Counted from the stretch's first letter, positions 36,458 to 47,819 are shown. The stretch is 64,000 bases of DNA from Candidatus Omnitrophota bacterium (GCA_030674475.1 JAUSCZ010000029.1:66357-130356); one strand, 5' to 3'. The notes: generated by a model from the letters alone, not told the origin. Translations and numbers: made by a program.

Positions 36458-37303
36458 ATGAAAAAAGACAAACAAGTTGTAATTTTTGAAGGCAAGAAAA
36501 TTCGTAGAGTGTGGGATGAAAAACAAGAAAAGTGGTATTTTTCAGTGGTTGATATAGTGAGTGTTTTGACGGATCAAGCTAATTTTCAATTAGCCAGAAA
36601 TTATTGGAAAGTATTAAAAAACCGTTTAAAAAAAGAAGGAAGTCAAGTGGTTACAGATTGTAACCGGTTGAAAATGCTGGCCGAAGATGGAAAATTAAGA
36701 GAAACCGATGCCGCCGATGTAGAGGCAGTTTTGCGATTAGTGCAATCTGTTCCGAGCCCCAAAGCCGAACCAATAAAAATGTGGTTGGCAAAAGTTGGCT
36801 ATGAAAGGATACAAGAAACGGTTGATCCGGAAAAATCCATTACCAGGGGGCGCAAAAATTGGCAAAGAATGGGCCGCAGTGGGAAATGGATCCAACAAAG
36901 AATGATGGGGCAGGAAATTAGAAACAAATTAACGGATTATTGGAAAAATAATGAAGTTAAAGAACAAGACGAATACGCGATTTTGACGAATATCATTCAT
37001 AAGGAGTGGAGCGATTTATCGGTTAAAAAACATAAATCGCTGAAAAATCTCAAAACGGAAAATTTACGTGATCATATGACTGACGCGGAACTGGTTTTTA
37101 CTGCCCTGGCTGAACTTTCAACAAGGCAAATCGCTGAAACAGTGGAGGCGAAAGGTTTAGAAGAAAATAAAATTCCCGCGCGAAAAGGCGGGAGAATTGC
37201 CAAAAACGCGCGGCTGGAATTAGAACAAAAAACCGGCAAAAAAGTAGTGAGCGATGAAAATTTTAAATTAGCCATTGGAAATAAAAAGCGTTTGAAGAAA
37301 TAA
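36458..37303 (+). CDS. DinD/Bro-N family protein (DNA-damage-inducible protein D / phage antirepressor-like)
   Basis: [15 protein letters not shown] Bro-N-like N-terminus and [13 protein letters not shown], which parallels E. coli DinD architecture. Confidence 0.6.
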   Translation: MKKDKQVVIFEGKKIRRVWDEKQEKWYFSVVDIVSVLTDQANFQLARNYWKVLKNRLKKEGSQVVTDCNRLKMLAEDGKLRETDAADVEAVLRLVQSVPSPKAEPIKMWLAKVGYERIQETVDPEKSITRGRKNWQRMGRSGKWIQQRMMGQEIRNKLTDYWKNNEVKEQDEYAILTNIIHKEWSDLSVKKHKSLKNLKTENLRDHMTDAELVFTALAELSTRQIAETVEAKGLEENKIPARKGGRIAKNARLELEQKTGKKVVSDENFKLAIGNKKRLKK

Positions 37304-37385
37304 CCATGCTTAACGCAGAAGGCGGAATGGGCAGGAAGTAAAACAATTTTCAGGTCTTTTTGGTTTTGCCATTTTAATTTTCTAA

Positions 37386-38607
<1,222 letters not shown>

Positions 38608-38617
38608 GCGAGGGTAA

Positions 38618-39310
38618 ATGCTCATTGATATAATCACTATTTTTCCTGAGGTGTGTAAGCCTTATCTGGATTCTTCTATTTTGGGCATTGCCCAGGAAAA
38701 AGGAAAACTGGAAATACGCCTGCATAATTTGCGGGATTACACCTTAGATAAACATCGTAAAGTTGACGACCGCCCCTTCGGGGGAGGCCCGGGAATGATC
38801 CTGACCGCCGAGCCGGTATTTAGGGCAGTTGAAGCAATTAAGCGGACAGCGGACAGCGGACAGCGGACCACCAAGGTAATATTGCTGACTCCCCAGGGAA
38901 AAACCTTAAATCAAAAGCTGGCTGAGAAATTATCTAAACGCAAGCATTTAATATTAATCTGCGGACGGTATGAAGGGGTGGATGAGCGGGTGCGTGAGTC
39001 TTTGGTTGATGAGGAGATTTCCATAGGCGACTATATTTTAAGCGGGGGAGAGCTGGCGGCGCTGGTGTTGACGGATTCACTGGCCAGGCTTTTGCCCGGA
39101 GTTTTAGGCCATAAAGATTCTAATGTGCGCGAGTCTTTTAGCAATAATCTCCTGGAGTATCCCCAGTATACCCGCCCGGCGGATTTTCGCGGCCTGGGCG
39201 TTCCGCAAGTGCTCTTATCCGGGGATCATAAGAAAATAGAGGAATGGAGGAAGCATCAGGCAGTTAAAATAACTAAGAAAAAGAGGCCGGATTTATTAAG
39301 GGGTCCATAG
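38618..39310 (+). CDS. trmD: tRNA (guanine37-N1)-methyltransferase
   Basis: SPOUT-fold motifs (LICGRYEGVDERV, SIGDYILSGGE). Confidence 0.92.
   Translation: MLIDIITIFPEVCKPYLDSSILGIAQEKGKLEIRLHNLRDYTLDKHRKVDDRPFGGGPGMILTAEPVFRAVEAIKRTADSGQRTTKVILLTPQGKTLNQKLAEKLSKRKHLILICGRYEGVDERVRESLVDEEISIGDYILSGGELAALVLTDSLARLLPGVLGHKDSNVRESFSNNLLEYPQYTRPADFRGLGVPQVLLSGDHKKIEEWRKHQAVKITKKKRPDLLRGP
38841..38868. repeat. Heptanucleotide tandem repeat (GCGGACA)x4 inside the trmD coding sequence
   Basis: agcggacagcggacagcggacagcggacc, translated in frame as KRTADSGQRTT. Confidence 0.75.
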
Positions 39311-39355
39311 TCGATAGTCTATAGTCCATTGACTATTAAAAGTGAGGTGAACAAA

Positions 39356-39718
39356 ATGATAGATAAGATAAAACTTATTGAGGGCGAACTTAGCGCGAAA
39401 GAAATGCCTAAGTTTAATATCGGTGATACCATAAAGGTGTTGACTAAAATTCCCGAAGGAGATAAGGTGAGACTGCACCCTTTTGAGGGAGTGGTGATTG
39501 CCAAAAACGGCTCAGGAGTCAGAACTACCTTTACCGTGCGCAAGGTGTCTTTTGGCGAAGGGATAGAGAGGGTTTTCCCGCTTTATTCTCCGGCAATTGA
39601 CAGTATCAAGTTAGTTTTCAGCGGCCGGGTCAAGCGGGCCAAGCTTTATTATTTAAGAGGGAAAATCGGTAAAGAAGCCAAAATAAAACCGGCAGTTAAG
39701 GCCGCAAAGAAGGCGTAA
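39356..39718 (+). CDS. rplS: 50S ribosomal protein L19
   Basis: L19 signature (FNIGDTIKV ... RKVSFGEGIERVFPL). The ATG at 39356 follows a GTGAGGTG ribosome-binding site. Confidence 0.9.
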   Translation: MIDKIKLIEGELSAKEMPKFNIGDTIKVLTKIPEGDKVRLHPFEGVVIAKNGSGVRTTFTVRKVSFGEGIERVFPLYSPAIDSIKLVFSGRVKRAKLYYLRGKIGKEAKIKPAVKAAKKA

Positions 39719-39739
39719 AAGCTTGCCTATCACCAAATA

Positions 39740-40339
39740 ATGCTTGCTTACGAGCAAAGGTTCGAATCTCAAGGCTATAAAGCGATAGCCGGAGTGGATG
39801 AGGCCGGACGCGGCCCCCTGGCCGGGCCGGTAGTCTCGGCGGCGGTGATTTTAAGGCAGGTGAAGTTTAAAAACCGTATTGATGATTCCAAGGTTTTAAG
39901 CGCGTCTCAAAGGGAAAAGGCCTATTCAGAGATAAGAAAAAAGGCCTGGGTTGCCATAGGTATCGTCGGTGAGAAGATAATTGACCAGATAAATATCTTA
40001 GAGGCGACTATTTTAAGTATGCGCCGGGCAATTTCTTTTTTGAGCCCTCAGCCGGATTTTGTTTTGGTTGACGGGAATATGTCTTTAAATCTCAATATCC
40101 CTTATGAAAGTATTGTCCGCGGCGATGCCCAAAGTCTTTCAATTGCCTGCGCCTCCATTATCGCCAAGGTAACCCGGGACAGGATTATGTCTATCTACCA
40201 CCGGAAATATCCGGAATATGGATTCTTAGAACATAAAGGCTATGGAACCAAGAGTCATTTTGAGGCCTTAAAAAGAATCGGCCCTTCGCCGATACACCGG
40301 ATGAGCTTTGCCCCGTTAAAAATAATAGCTATAAGCTAG
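39740..40339 (+). CDS. rnhB: Ribonuclease HII
   Basis: AGVDEAGRGPLAGPVV catalytic motif. 199 aa. Confidence 0.9.
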   Translation: MLAYEQRFESQGYKAIAGVDEAGRGPLAGPVVSAAVILRQVKFKNRIDDSKVLSASQREKAYSEIRKKAWVAIGIVGEKIIDQINILEATILSMRRAISFLSPQPDFVLVDGNMSLNLNIPYESIVRGDAQSLSIACASIIAKVTRDRIMSIYHRKYPEYGFLEHKGYGTKSHFEALKRIGPSPIHRMSFAPLKIIAIS

Positions 40340-40480
40340 TGCGCTGTGACATCAGTTTTTAATATGACAGCGCACAGAGCAATTGAGCAATAGACAATAG
40401 AACAATAGACAAGCAAAAGCTCAATTGCGGTCTAATGTTCAATTGTTCTATTGTTCAAGAATTTATGTCACAGTGCACTA
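40338..40480. repeat. Repeat family C copy 2, nested inside flanking inverted repeats (gtgcgctgtgacat ... atgtcacagtgcac)
   Basis: Core 40376-40458 is nearly identical to 12564-12646. The outer 14-bp inverted repeat has one mismatch. Confidence 0.8.
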
Positions 40481-40496
40481 GCAGTTTTTATCATTA

Positions 40497-40880
40497 ATGA
40501 ACAGGCATAACCTGGATTTTGGAAAGACCTCTGAATCCGCGGCCGCGGAATTTCTAAAAAATCAGGGATACAAAATCTTAGAGCTTAATTACCGAAGCAT
40601 ATTCGGCGAGATTGATATTGTGGCCAGGGATGCCCAGGCAATATGTTTTATAGAGGTGAAATCCCGCTCTTCATCAGCCTTCGGCCTGCCCAAGGAGGCG
40701 GTGAACCGGCGCAAGCAATATAAGCTTTCTCAGTCCGCGTTAGCTTACTTAAAAGAACGGCGGCTTTTAAACCACAGCTGCCGTTTTGACGTTTTAGCGC
40801 TCAACCGCGATGAACAGGGCCAGCCGGGCTTTGAATTGCTCAAGGACGCTTTTGAGTTAAATAGTAGGTATACATATTAA
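40497..40880 (+). CDS. YraN family (UPF0102) endonuclease
   Basis: GEIDIVA ... FIEVK motif, and the conserved rnhB-yraN adjacency. Confidence 0.8.
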   Translation: MNRHNLDFGKTSESAAAEFLKNQGYKILELNYRSIFGEIDIVARDAQAICFIEVKSRSSSAFGLPKEAVNRRKQYKLSQSALAYLKERRLLNHSCRFDVLALNRDEQGQPGFELLKDAFELNSRYTY

Positions 40881-40894
40881 GGAGGAAACAGAAC

Positions 40895-42589
40895 GTGCTT
40901 TCTAATTTAGAAATAGCCCGAAAGACCAAGCCCTATCCTATAACCAGGGTTGCCAAATCCATAGGCATCAAAGAAACTGAACTGGAATTATACGGAAATT
41001 ATAAAGCCAAGATAGATTTATCCGTTTTAAAAAGGATAAAGAATAAACCGCGGGGCAAATATATCCTGGTTACCGCGATTACCCCTACCCCATTAGGAGA
41101 AGGAAAAACCGTCACTACCATCGGATTATCTATGGCTTTAAGTTCACTCGGTAAAAAAACCATCACTTGTATGCGCCAGCCTTCCTTAGGCCCGGTTTTT
41201 GGAATCAAGGGAGGAGCCTCAGGCGGCGGATACTCCCAGGTTATTCCAATGGAAGATTTGAATCTGCATTTTACCGGCGATGTCCATGCCGTGGGAATGA
41301 GCAATAACCTGGCCTGCGCCTTCTTAGATAATTATATTCTTAAAGGTAATGCCTTGAATATAAATCCGGAAAAAATTTACTTAAGAAGGGTGTTGGATGT
41401 ATCGGACAGGTTCTTACGCAATATCAAAATCGGCCTGGGTGGTAAAGACGACGGCGTGAGCCGGGATACCGGATTTGATATCGCGGTTGCCTCGGAGGTA
41501 ATGGCCATACTCGCCTTAACTATCAGTTTAGCTGACCTGCGTAAACGTTTGGGCCGGATGGTGGTGGCAGAAGACTTCTCAGGAAAACCGGTAACCGCGG
41601 ATCAGTTGGGGGTGGCCGGCAGTATGTGCATATTATTGAAAGACGCGATTAAGCCGAATCTGATTCAAACTTTGGAACATAGCCCGGTGATGGTGCATGC
41701 CGGCCCGTTTGGAAATATCGCCCACGGTAACAGCTCAATTATTGCCGACCAGATTGCCTTGCGCTTGGCCGACTTCGTGGTTACCGAAGCGGGATTCGGC
41801 ACGGATTTGGGAGCGGAAAAATTCTTTGACATAAAATGCCGCTATTCCGGCCTTAAGCCGGACGCGGTGGTGATGGTCGCCACCATCCGGGCCCTAAAGA
41901 TGCACTCCGGAAGGTTTAATGTAGTTGCCGGTAAACCCTTGGAACAAGGTTTAATTACCGAAGATTTAGACGCGGTTAGTGCCGGAATATGTAATTTAGA
42001 AAAGCAGATTGAAAATGTGCGCTTATTTGGACTTCCCTGTATTGTGGCTCTGAATAGATTTACCACTGATACCGATAGAGAGGTTGAATTAGTGAAGAAA
42101 AAGGCGGTCTCCGCCGGGGCCAGCGGTTGTTTTGTCAGTGAGGTTTGGGCTAAGGGCTCTAAAGGGGCGATAGCTTTGGCCAAAGCGGTAGTCAGCGCGG
42201 CTAAAGAAAAAAATAATTTCAAGTTTTTATATCCTCTGGATATGCCGATTAAAGATAAAATAAAGACTATTGCCACCAAGGTTTACGGGGCCAAGGATGT
42301 GGAGTATGAGCCTATAGCTGAAGAAAAAATAGCCAAGTTCAGCCAGTTAGGCTACGATAAGCTTCCTATATGTATGGCCAAGAGTCATCTGTCTTTGTCC
42401 CACGACCCGAACCTAAAAGGAAGGCCGGAAGGATTTATCTTACCGGTGCGGGATATCCGCGCCTCGGTCGGCGCGGGCTTTCTTTATCCCTTATGCGGCA
42501 AAATGCAGACTATGCCCGGCCTACCCTCAAAACCCGCGCTTTTACGGATGGATATTGATAAAAAGGGAAACATTGTAGGTTTATCGTGA
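40895..42589 (+). CDS. fhs: Formate--tetrahydrofolate ligase
   Basis: PTPLGEGKTT P-loop. 564 aa with the full-length FTHFS pattern. Confidence 0.95.
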   Translation: MLSNLEIARKTKPYPITRVAKSIGIKETELELYGNYKAKIDLSVLKRIKNKPRGKYILVTAITPTPLGEGKTVTTIGLSMALSSLGKKTITCMRQPSLGPVFGIKGGASGGGYSQVIPMEDLNLHFTGDVHAVGMSNNLACAFLDNYILKGNALNINPEKIYLRRVLDVSDRFLRNIKIGLGGKDDGVSRDTGFDIAVASEVMAILALTISLADLRKRLGRMVVAEDFSGKPVTADQLGVAGSMCILLKDAIKPNLIQTLEHSPVMVHAGPFGNIAHGNSSIIADQIALRLADFVVTEAGFGTDLGAEKFFDIKCRYSGLKPDAVVMVATIRALKMHSGRFNVVAGKPLEQGLITEDLDAVSAGICNLEKQIENVRLFGLPCIVALNRFTTDTDREVELVKKKAVSAGASGCFVSEVWAKGSKGAIALAKAVVSAAKEKNNFKFLYPLDMPIKDKIKTIATKVYGAKDVEYEPIAEEKIAKFSQLGYDKLPICMAKSHLSLSHDPNLKGRPEGFILPVRDIRASVGAGFLYPLCGKMQTMPGLPSKPALLRMDIDKKGNIVGLS

Positions 42590-43191
42590 GAAACCAGCCT
42601 GCCCCGGTAAAGCGAAACAGGCCGGGGAGATCGGTAACCAGTTACCAGAGAGCATCTCTCAAAACCTACTTAGATGATTTGGCGGCGAAAAGGCCTACTC
42701 CTGGAGGGGGGTCTGCGGCGGCTTTGACCGGGGCTTTAGGGTGCGCCCTTTTGAGCATGGCCTGCAATTTTACTATCGGTAAAGACAAGTATAAAGATGT
42801 AGAGTCAAAGATAAAATCCGCCTTAAGGGAAACCGAGTCGTTAAGAAAGAGACTTCTATCTTTAGTGGATTTGGATGTCCGGGCCTACAATAAGGTTTTT
42901 AACAGCCGCAAGGCCAAAGAAAATATTTATCAGAAAAATTTAATCGCGGCCACCAAGGTTCCGCTGGAAATAGGTATTTTGGCGCTTAAGGGATACGGGC
43001 TTTGTCCGCTCTTAAGGAAGATTGCCAATAGGTATTTAATCAGCGATGTGTATGTAGGGGAAGAATTATTAAAATCTTGCTTTAAATCCGCGGAATTTAA
43101 TGTTATAATTAATCTTCCGCAAATTAAGGATAAGAGTTTTATTCTCCGGACTAAAAAAACAATTACCGATCTAAAAAATAAATTAAGATGA
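42586..43191 (+). CDS. fchA: Methenyltetrahydrofolate cyclohydrolase (FtcD cyclodeaminase-like, FchA)
   Basis: RPTPGGGSAAALTGALGCALLSMACNFTIGK, the cyclodeaminase/cyclohydrolase family signature. Lies between fhs and folD. Confidence 0.7.
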   Translation: MRNQPAPVKRNRPGRSVTSYQRASLKTYLDDLAAKRPTPGGGSAAALTGALGCALLSMACNFTIGKDKYKDVESKIKSALRETESLRKRLLSLVDLDVRAYNKVFNSRKAKENIYQKNLIAATKVPLEIGILALKGYGLCPLLRKIANRYLISDVYVGEELLKSCFKSAEFNVIINLPQIKDKSFILRTKKTITDLKNKLR

Positions 43192-44045
43192 GTGCCAAGC
43201 TTTTGGAAGGCAAGCCTCTTGCTTTAAAGATCAAGGAAGAGATAAAAAAAGAAGTTATCCGGCTAAAGGCCAAATCCGGCAGAGGCCCGGTTTTGGCCGG
43301 GGTGCAGATTGGGGATAATCCGGCGGCCGAGGTTTACTTTAGGTCCCAGATAAAATGCGCCGCTGAGCTGGATATAGAATACCGCCATCATAAACTCACC
43401 CAGGATATAAACCAGGATAAATTTTTTTCTTTTCTGGATTCACTTAATAGCGATAAAGATACTTCGGCTGTTTTTATCCAGATGCCTTTACCCGGCCATA
43501 TTGATTCGCGTTTAATCCCCCGGCACATCTCACCCTTTAAGGACGCCGAAGGCATGCATCCGGAAAATTTAGGTAAACTCTTTTTCGGCCAGGCCAAATT
43601 TATTCCCTGCACCGCTAACAGCGTAATGGAGCTATTACGCTCAACCGGAGTTAGTCTGCGCGGGAAGGAAGCGGTGGTGGTCGGACACAGCGAGATAGTG
43701 GGAAAGCCCTTGAGCCTGCTTTTATTAGAGCAGTTCGCCACGACTACTGTCTGTCATATCGCTACGGCTGAGCGGGGCCTGACCCAGGAGCATATAAAAA
43801 GGGCCGAGGTTCTGGTGGTCGCGGTAGGCCGGGCCAACCTGATTAAAGGTGAATGGATTAAAGAGGGAGCCATTGTGGTGGATGTGGGGATAAACAGGGT
43901 GAAGGAAAGAATAGTCGGCGATATAGAATTTGAAGAAGCCTCTAAACGGGCTTCCTGGATTACCCCGGTACCCGGAGGGGTGGGTCCTTTAACCGTAACT
44001 ATGCTGATGCGTAATGTGGTTGAAGCGGCGAAATTACAGCTATAA
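43188..44045 (+). CDS. folD: Bifunctional methylenetetrahydrofolate dehydrogenase / methenyl-THF cyclohydrolase
   Basis: Motifs ...PCTANSVMELL..., GHSEIVGKP, PVPGGVGPLTV. Confidence 0.92.
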   Translation: MSAKLLEGKPLALKIKEEIKKEVIRLKAKSGRGPVLAGVQIGDNPAAEVYFRSQIKCAAELDIEYRHHKLTQDINQDKFFSFLDSLNSDKDTSAVFIQMPLPGHIDSRLIPRHISPFKDAEGMHPENLGKLFFGQAKFIPCTANSVMELLRSTGVSLRGKEAVVVGHSEIVGKPLSLLLLEQFATTTVCHIATAERGLTQEHIKRAEVLVVAVGRANLIKGEWIKEGAIVVDVGINRVKERIVGDIEFEEASKRASWITPVPGGVGPLTVTMLMRNVVEAAKLQL

Positions 44046-44074
44046 ATACATAATTTTATAACCTGGAGCTTAAG

Positions 44075-44944
44075 ATGACTTTTAAAGAAAAAATTCAGGC
44101 GGGAAAGTTTATCCTTACCAGTGAAGTCGGTCCTCCTAAGGGGATAGAATCCGGGCGTATCTTAGAAGACGTGGAATTGGTGCGGGGCAGGGTGGATGCG
44201 ATCAATGTTACTGATTTGCAGAGTTCAGTAATGCGTTTGGGTTCTTTGGCGGTAAGCATCCGGCTCAAGGAAAAAGGTTTTGAGCCGGTGTATCAAGTTA
44301 CCTGCCGGGATCGTAATCGTCTGGCTTTACAATCGGATATCCTATCCGCGGCCAATTTTGGAATTGAGAATATCCTGGCCTTGACCGGGGATCATCCTAA
44401 ATTAGGGGACCATCCTCACGCCAAGGCGGTTTTTGATATTGATTCGGTCCAACTTATCCAGGTTATTCGTCGGCTGGAACAAGGCCTGGATATGGCCGGG
44501 AAAAAATTAGAAGGTGTTTTGCCGAAATTCTGCGTGGGGGCGGTGGTCAATCCCGGCTCGGATCCTCTTGAGCCGCAGATTATGAAGATGGAGAAAAAGA
44601 TAGACGCGGGAGCGGAGTTTTTTCAGACCCAGGCAGTGTATGATTTAAAGACCTTTGAAAACTTTCTTTCTAAAACTAAGCATCTCAAGACTACTATTAT
44701 TGCCGGAATAGTTTTGCTGAAATCCGCGGGGATGGCCAAATATATGAATGAGAATGTGGCCGGTATTTCTGTGCCGGATAATCTGATTCAAGAAATGCAA
44801 GACACCAAAGACAAACAGGCTACGTCAATTGAGATTGCCGCCCGTTTGATTAAAGAACTTAAGCCGATATGCCAAGGCATACACATTATGCCCATCGGCT
44901 GGGATAAATTAGTGCCCAAGGTTTTGGATGCCGCGGGATTATAG
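44075..44944 (+). CDS. metF: Methylenetetrahydrofolate reductase (acetogen-type MetF)
   Basis: MTHFR fold pattern (ILTSEVGPPKG ... ALTGDHP). 289 aa. Confidence 0.8.
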   Translation: MTFKEKIQAGKFILTSEVGPPKGIESGRILEDVELVRGRVDAINVTDLQSSVMRLGSLAVSIRLKEKGFEPVYQVTCRDRNRLALQSDILSAANFGIENILALTGDHPKLGDHPHAKAVFDIDSVQLIQVIRRLEQGLDMAGKKLEGVLPKFCVGAVVNPGSDPLEPQIMKMEKKIDAGAEFFQTQAVYDLKTFENFLSKTKHLKTTIIAGIVLLKSAGMAKYMNENVAGISVPDNLIQEMQDTKDKQATSIEIAARLIKELKPICQGIHIMPIGWDKLVPKVLDAAGL

Positions 44945-45004
44945 AGTTAAAAATATTTCTTCGCGTTTTTGCGGTATAAGGTTTTTTTGCGCTTTTGCGT
45001 TACT

Positions 45005-45778
45005 ATGAAGATTGCCATCAGCGGTAAGGGCGGTTCGGGTAAGACCACCATTGCCGCGGGTTTAATAAAAATATTAGTTGAAAAAAATAAGTCGGTAATC
45101 GCGCTGGATTGTGATCCGGATATAAGCTTAGGCCTGGCTTTGGATTTTCCCGCTTATAATGAGATTAAGCCTATCAGCCAAATGAAGGATCTCATCTTTG
45201 AGCGCACCGGCGTAGATCCCGCTAATCCCCAAGGGTTCTTTCAGATTAATCCCAAGGTAGACGACATCCCGGAAAAGTTCTGTCCCCAGGATAAGGGCAT
45301 CCGCCTGATTGTGATGGGTAAGGTGGATAAGCCTCAAGGGGGTTGTCTTTGCCCGGAGAATACCTTTGTGCGCTCATTAGTCGGACACCTGGTCTTAAGG
45401 CAGAATGAGGTGGTAATTTTGGATATGGCTGCCGGCTCCGAGCATTTGGGAAGGGCCACCGCCCGCGGGGTGGATGTTTTTTTGATTTCGGTTGAGCCCT
45501 CAGCAACCAGCCTCCAGACGGCCAAGCATATCAAGGAATTGGCTGAAGGCTTAGGATTAACGAAAATATTTTTTATCGGAAATAAAATAAAAAATGCGTC
45601 CGATCTTGATTTTATCCAGTCCTCTTTAGGAAATGAGCTTATCGCCAGCGTAAGTTTTAACCGGACCCTGGAAGGCTCAAGGGGAAAGTTTGTTTTTGAT
45701 CAAAACCTGCGTAAAGAATTTGAAACTATTTATAATACACTTGCTGCCGTCTCTGGCGCGGATAATCCGCGCGATTAA
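45005..45778 (+). CDS. cooC: CO dehydrogenase nickel-insertion accessory ATPase CooC
   Basis: MinD/ParA-type Walker A ISGKGGSGKTT and the CooC CxC region (GGCLCPE). Confidence 0.75.
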   Translation: MKIAISGKGGSGKTTIAAGLIKILVEKNKSVIALDCDPDISLGLALDFPAYNEIKPISQMKDLIFERTGVDPANPQGFFQINPKVDDIPEKFCPQDKGIRLIVMGKVDKPQGGCLCPENTFVRSLVGHLVLRQNEVVILDMAAGSEHLGRATARGVDVFLISVEPSATSLQTAKHIKELAEGLGLTKIFFIGNKIKNASDLDFIQSSLGNELIASVSFNRTLEGSRGKFVFDQNLRKEFETIYNTLAAVSGADNPRD

Positions 45779-45799
45779 CGGCTGCAATGGAGGTGAATA

Positions 45800-47707
45800 A
45801 TGGCTGAAAATAAATTTTATGGAGATAGCGCCACCCAGGAAATGCGCCAGGTGGCTGAAGATTTAGGTATTCAGACTGTCTGGGATAGAGAGCTCTTGCA
45901 ACAGCCCCACTGCGGATTCGGATTATTGGGAATTTGCTGTAAAAATTGTAACTTAGGCCCTTGCAGGATTGACCCTTTTAATCCCAACGGCCCCAAGCTG
46001 GGCGTCTGTGGCGCTGACGCGGATGTGATTGCCGCGCGTAATCTCCTGCGCCATATTACCGCCGGCTCCGCCTGTCATAATGACCACGGAAGGGAGCTTA
46101 CTAAAGCCTTTAAGCTTGCCGCCCAGGGCAAGGCTCCGGGTTATCAGATTACCGATGAGTCTAAGCTTAAAGTCCTGGCTCAGGAATACGGGGTTAAAGT
46201 TGAGGGCAGAAGCCCTCAGGATATTGCCGTGGATTTAGCCGACCGGATTTTTGCCGAATACGGACAGCAGGAGGGAGAACTGGTTCTTATCCAGCGCGCA
46301 CCCAAAAAGACCAAAGAGATGTGGAGAAAACTGGGGATTATGCCCCGGGGCATTGATCGGGAGGTGGTTGAGGCCTTAGCCCGGACCAATATGGGCGTGG
46401 ATAATGATTACCGCTCTCTGATGCGCCACGGTATGCGGGTGGCCTTAAGTGATGGCTGGGGCGGTTCAATGATTGCTACTGAATTAACCGATATTCTATT
46501 TCGTTCTCCCCGCCCGCTTGATTCCCGGGTCAACTTAGGGGTTTTGAAATACGACCAGGTGAATATCCTGGTTCACGGCCATGTGCCGGTTTTATCCGAT
46601 ATGATTGCCCAGGCCGCCAGCGACCCGGAGTTGATAAAGTTAGCCAAGGAAAAAGGCGCTTCCGGAATAACTGTGGCCGGAATCTGCTGTACCGCCTTAG
46701 AGGTTTTGATTAGGCGGGGGGTGCCGGTTGCCGGAAACTTCTTGCAACAGGAGCTGGCCTTGGTTACCGGCGTGGTTGAGATGCTCATAGTTGACCTGCA
46801 GTGTGTTATGCCCTCTCTGCCGAATATCGCTAGTAATTTTCACACTAAGGTGGTTTCCACCAGCCCCCGGGCCCATTTTCCGGGCAGCGAATATGTTGAG
46901 TTTAAGGAAGAGCAGGGTTATGAAATTGCTAAAAAGCTGATTCAGACGGCGATTGAAAATTATCCTAATCGTAACCAGGAAAAAGTCCATATCCCCCGGG
47001 CCACGGAAAACTTAATTTCTGGTTTCACCACTGAGTATATTTTTGAGATGTTAGGGGGCAAGACCTTATCCACCTATAAGCCGCTTAACGACGGGGTGGC
47101 AATGGGAAGGATCAGAGGTGTGGCCGGGGTGGTCGGATGCGATAATCCTAAGATGCAAAGCGGTGAAACTCACATTAAGTTAATCAAAGAACTGCTTAAG
47201 AACGATGTTCTGGTGGTGCAGACCGGCTGTGCCGCCACTGCCTGCGGCAAGGAAGGCCTGCTTACCCCTGAAACCGCTTTTAAATACGCCGGCAAGGGCC
47301 TTCAGGAAATCTGTGAGGCGGTGGGATGTCCTCCGATTTTACATATGGGGCCTTGCGTGGATAATTCCCGGATTTTGACTGCCTGCTGCGAAATAGTCGG
47401 TGCCGGAGGCTTAGGCGTGGGCCTGGATGAACTTCCGGTTGTCGGAATCGCCCCGGAATGGATGTCCGAGAAGGCCATTGCTATCGGCTGGTATTTCGTG
47501 GCCTCCGGGGCTTTGGTGATTTTTGGCCAGCCTTTTCCGGTATACGGCGCTAAAAATATGACTAATTTTGTTACTAAAGAGGTTGAGGAATTAACCGGAG
47601 GAAAGTGGGCCTTTGAAATTGACCCGCTTAAAATGGCCAAGATTACCATCGAGCATATGAATTCTAAAAGAAAGGCCTTAAACCTCAAGCCGATGATGTA
47701 CCAATAA
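45800..47707 (+). CDS. cooS: Anaerobic carbon monoxide dehydrogenase catalytic subunit
   Basis: N-terminal cysteine clusters (CGFGLLGICCKNCNLGPC, CGADADVIAA) and the C-cluster ligand pattern. 635 aa. Confidence 0.92.
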   Translation: MAENKFYGDSATQEMRQVAEDLGIQTVWDRELLQQPHCGFGLLGICCKNCNLGPCRIDPFNPNGPKLGVCGADADVIAARNLLRHITAGSACHNDHGRELTKAFKLAAQGKAPGYQITDESKLKVLAQEYGVKVEGRSPQDIAVDLADRIFAEYGQQEGELVLIQRAPKKTKEMWRKLGIMPRGIDREVVEALARTNMGVDNDYRSLMRHGMRVALSDGWGGSMIATELTDILFRSPRPLDSRVNLGVLKYDQVNILVHGHVPVLSDMIAQAASDPELIKLAKEKGASGITVAGICCTALEVLIRRGVPVAGNFLQQELALVTGVVEMLIVDLQCVMPSLPNIASNFHTKVVSTSPRAHFPGSEYVEFKEEQGYEIAKKLIQTAIENYPNRNQEKVHIPRATENLISGFTTEYIFEMLGGKTLSTYKPLNDGVAMGRIRGVAGVVGCDNPKMQSGETHIKLIKELLKNDVLVVQTGCAATACGKEGLLTPETAFKYAGKGLQEICEAVGCPPILHMGPCVDNSRILTACCEIVGAGGLGVGLDELPVVGIAPEWMSEKAIAIGWYFVASGALVIFGQPFPVYGAKNMTNFVTKEVEELTGGKWAFEIDPLKMAKITIEHMNSKRKALNLKPMMYQ

Positions 47708-47806
47708 AAGTCAAAAGTCAAAAGTAAAAAGGTAAAACCAAAACGTAAAAATCAAAAGTTTTGATTTTTGACTTGTGGTTTTTACTTTTGCATTTTTAAT
47801 TTTTAG
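47708..47806. repeat. Long AT-rich imperfect hairpin element ('aaagtcaaaag' arms)
   Basis: gtcaaaagtcaaaagtaaaaaggtaaaacc ... ggtttttacttttgc, inverted arms of about 40 bp immediately after cooS. Confidence 0.5.
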
Positions 47807-47819
47807 TTAGCGTATTGTT

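Noticed and set aside
36185-36526. 113-aa minus-strand ORF rich in Phe and Ile
   Set aside because: Arises from AT-rich spacer read in reverse. Overlaps the start of the DinD-like gene. The + strand fragment is more protein-like.
39756-39775. tRNA-like T-arm word (ggttcgaatc)
   Set aside because: Lies inside the rnhB reading frame. No cloverleaf can be built around it. No tRNA or rRNA gene could be supported anywhere in the window.
45128-45534. Several 66-86-aa minus-strand ORFs inside cooC
   Set aside because: Antisense to a conserved CooC P-loop ATPase. Pro/Arg-rich products typical of GC-rich antisense frames.
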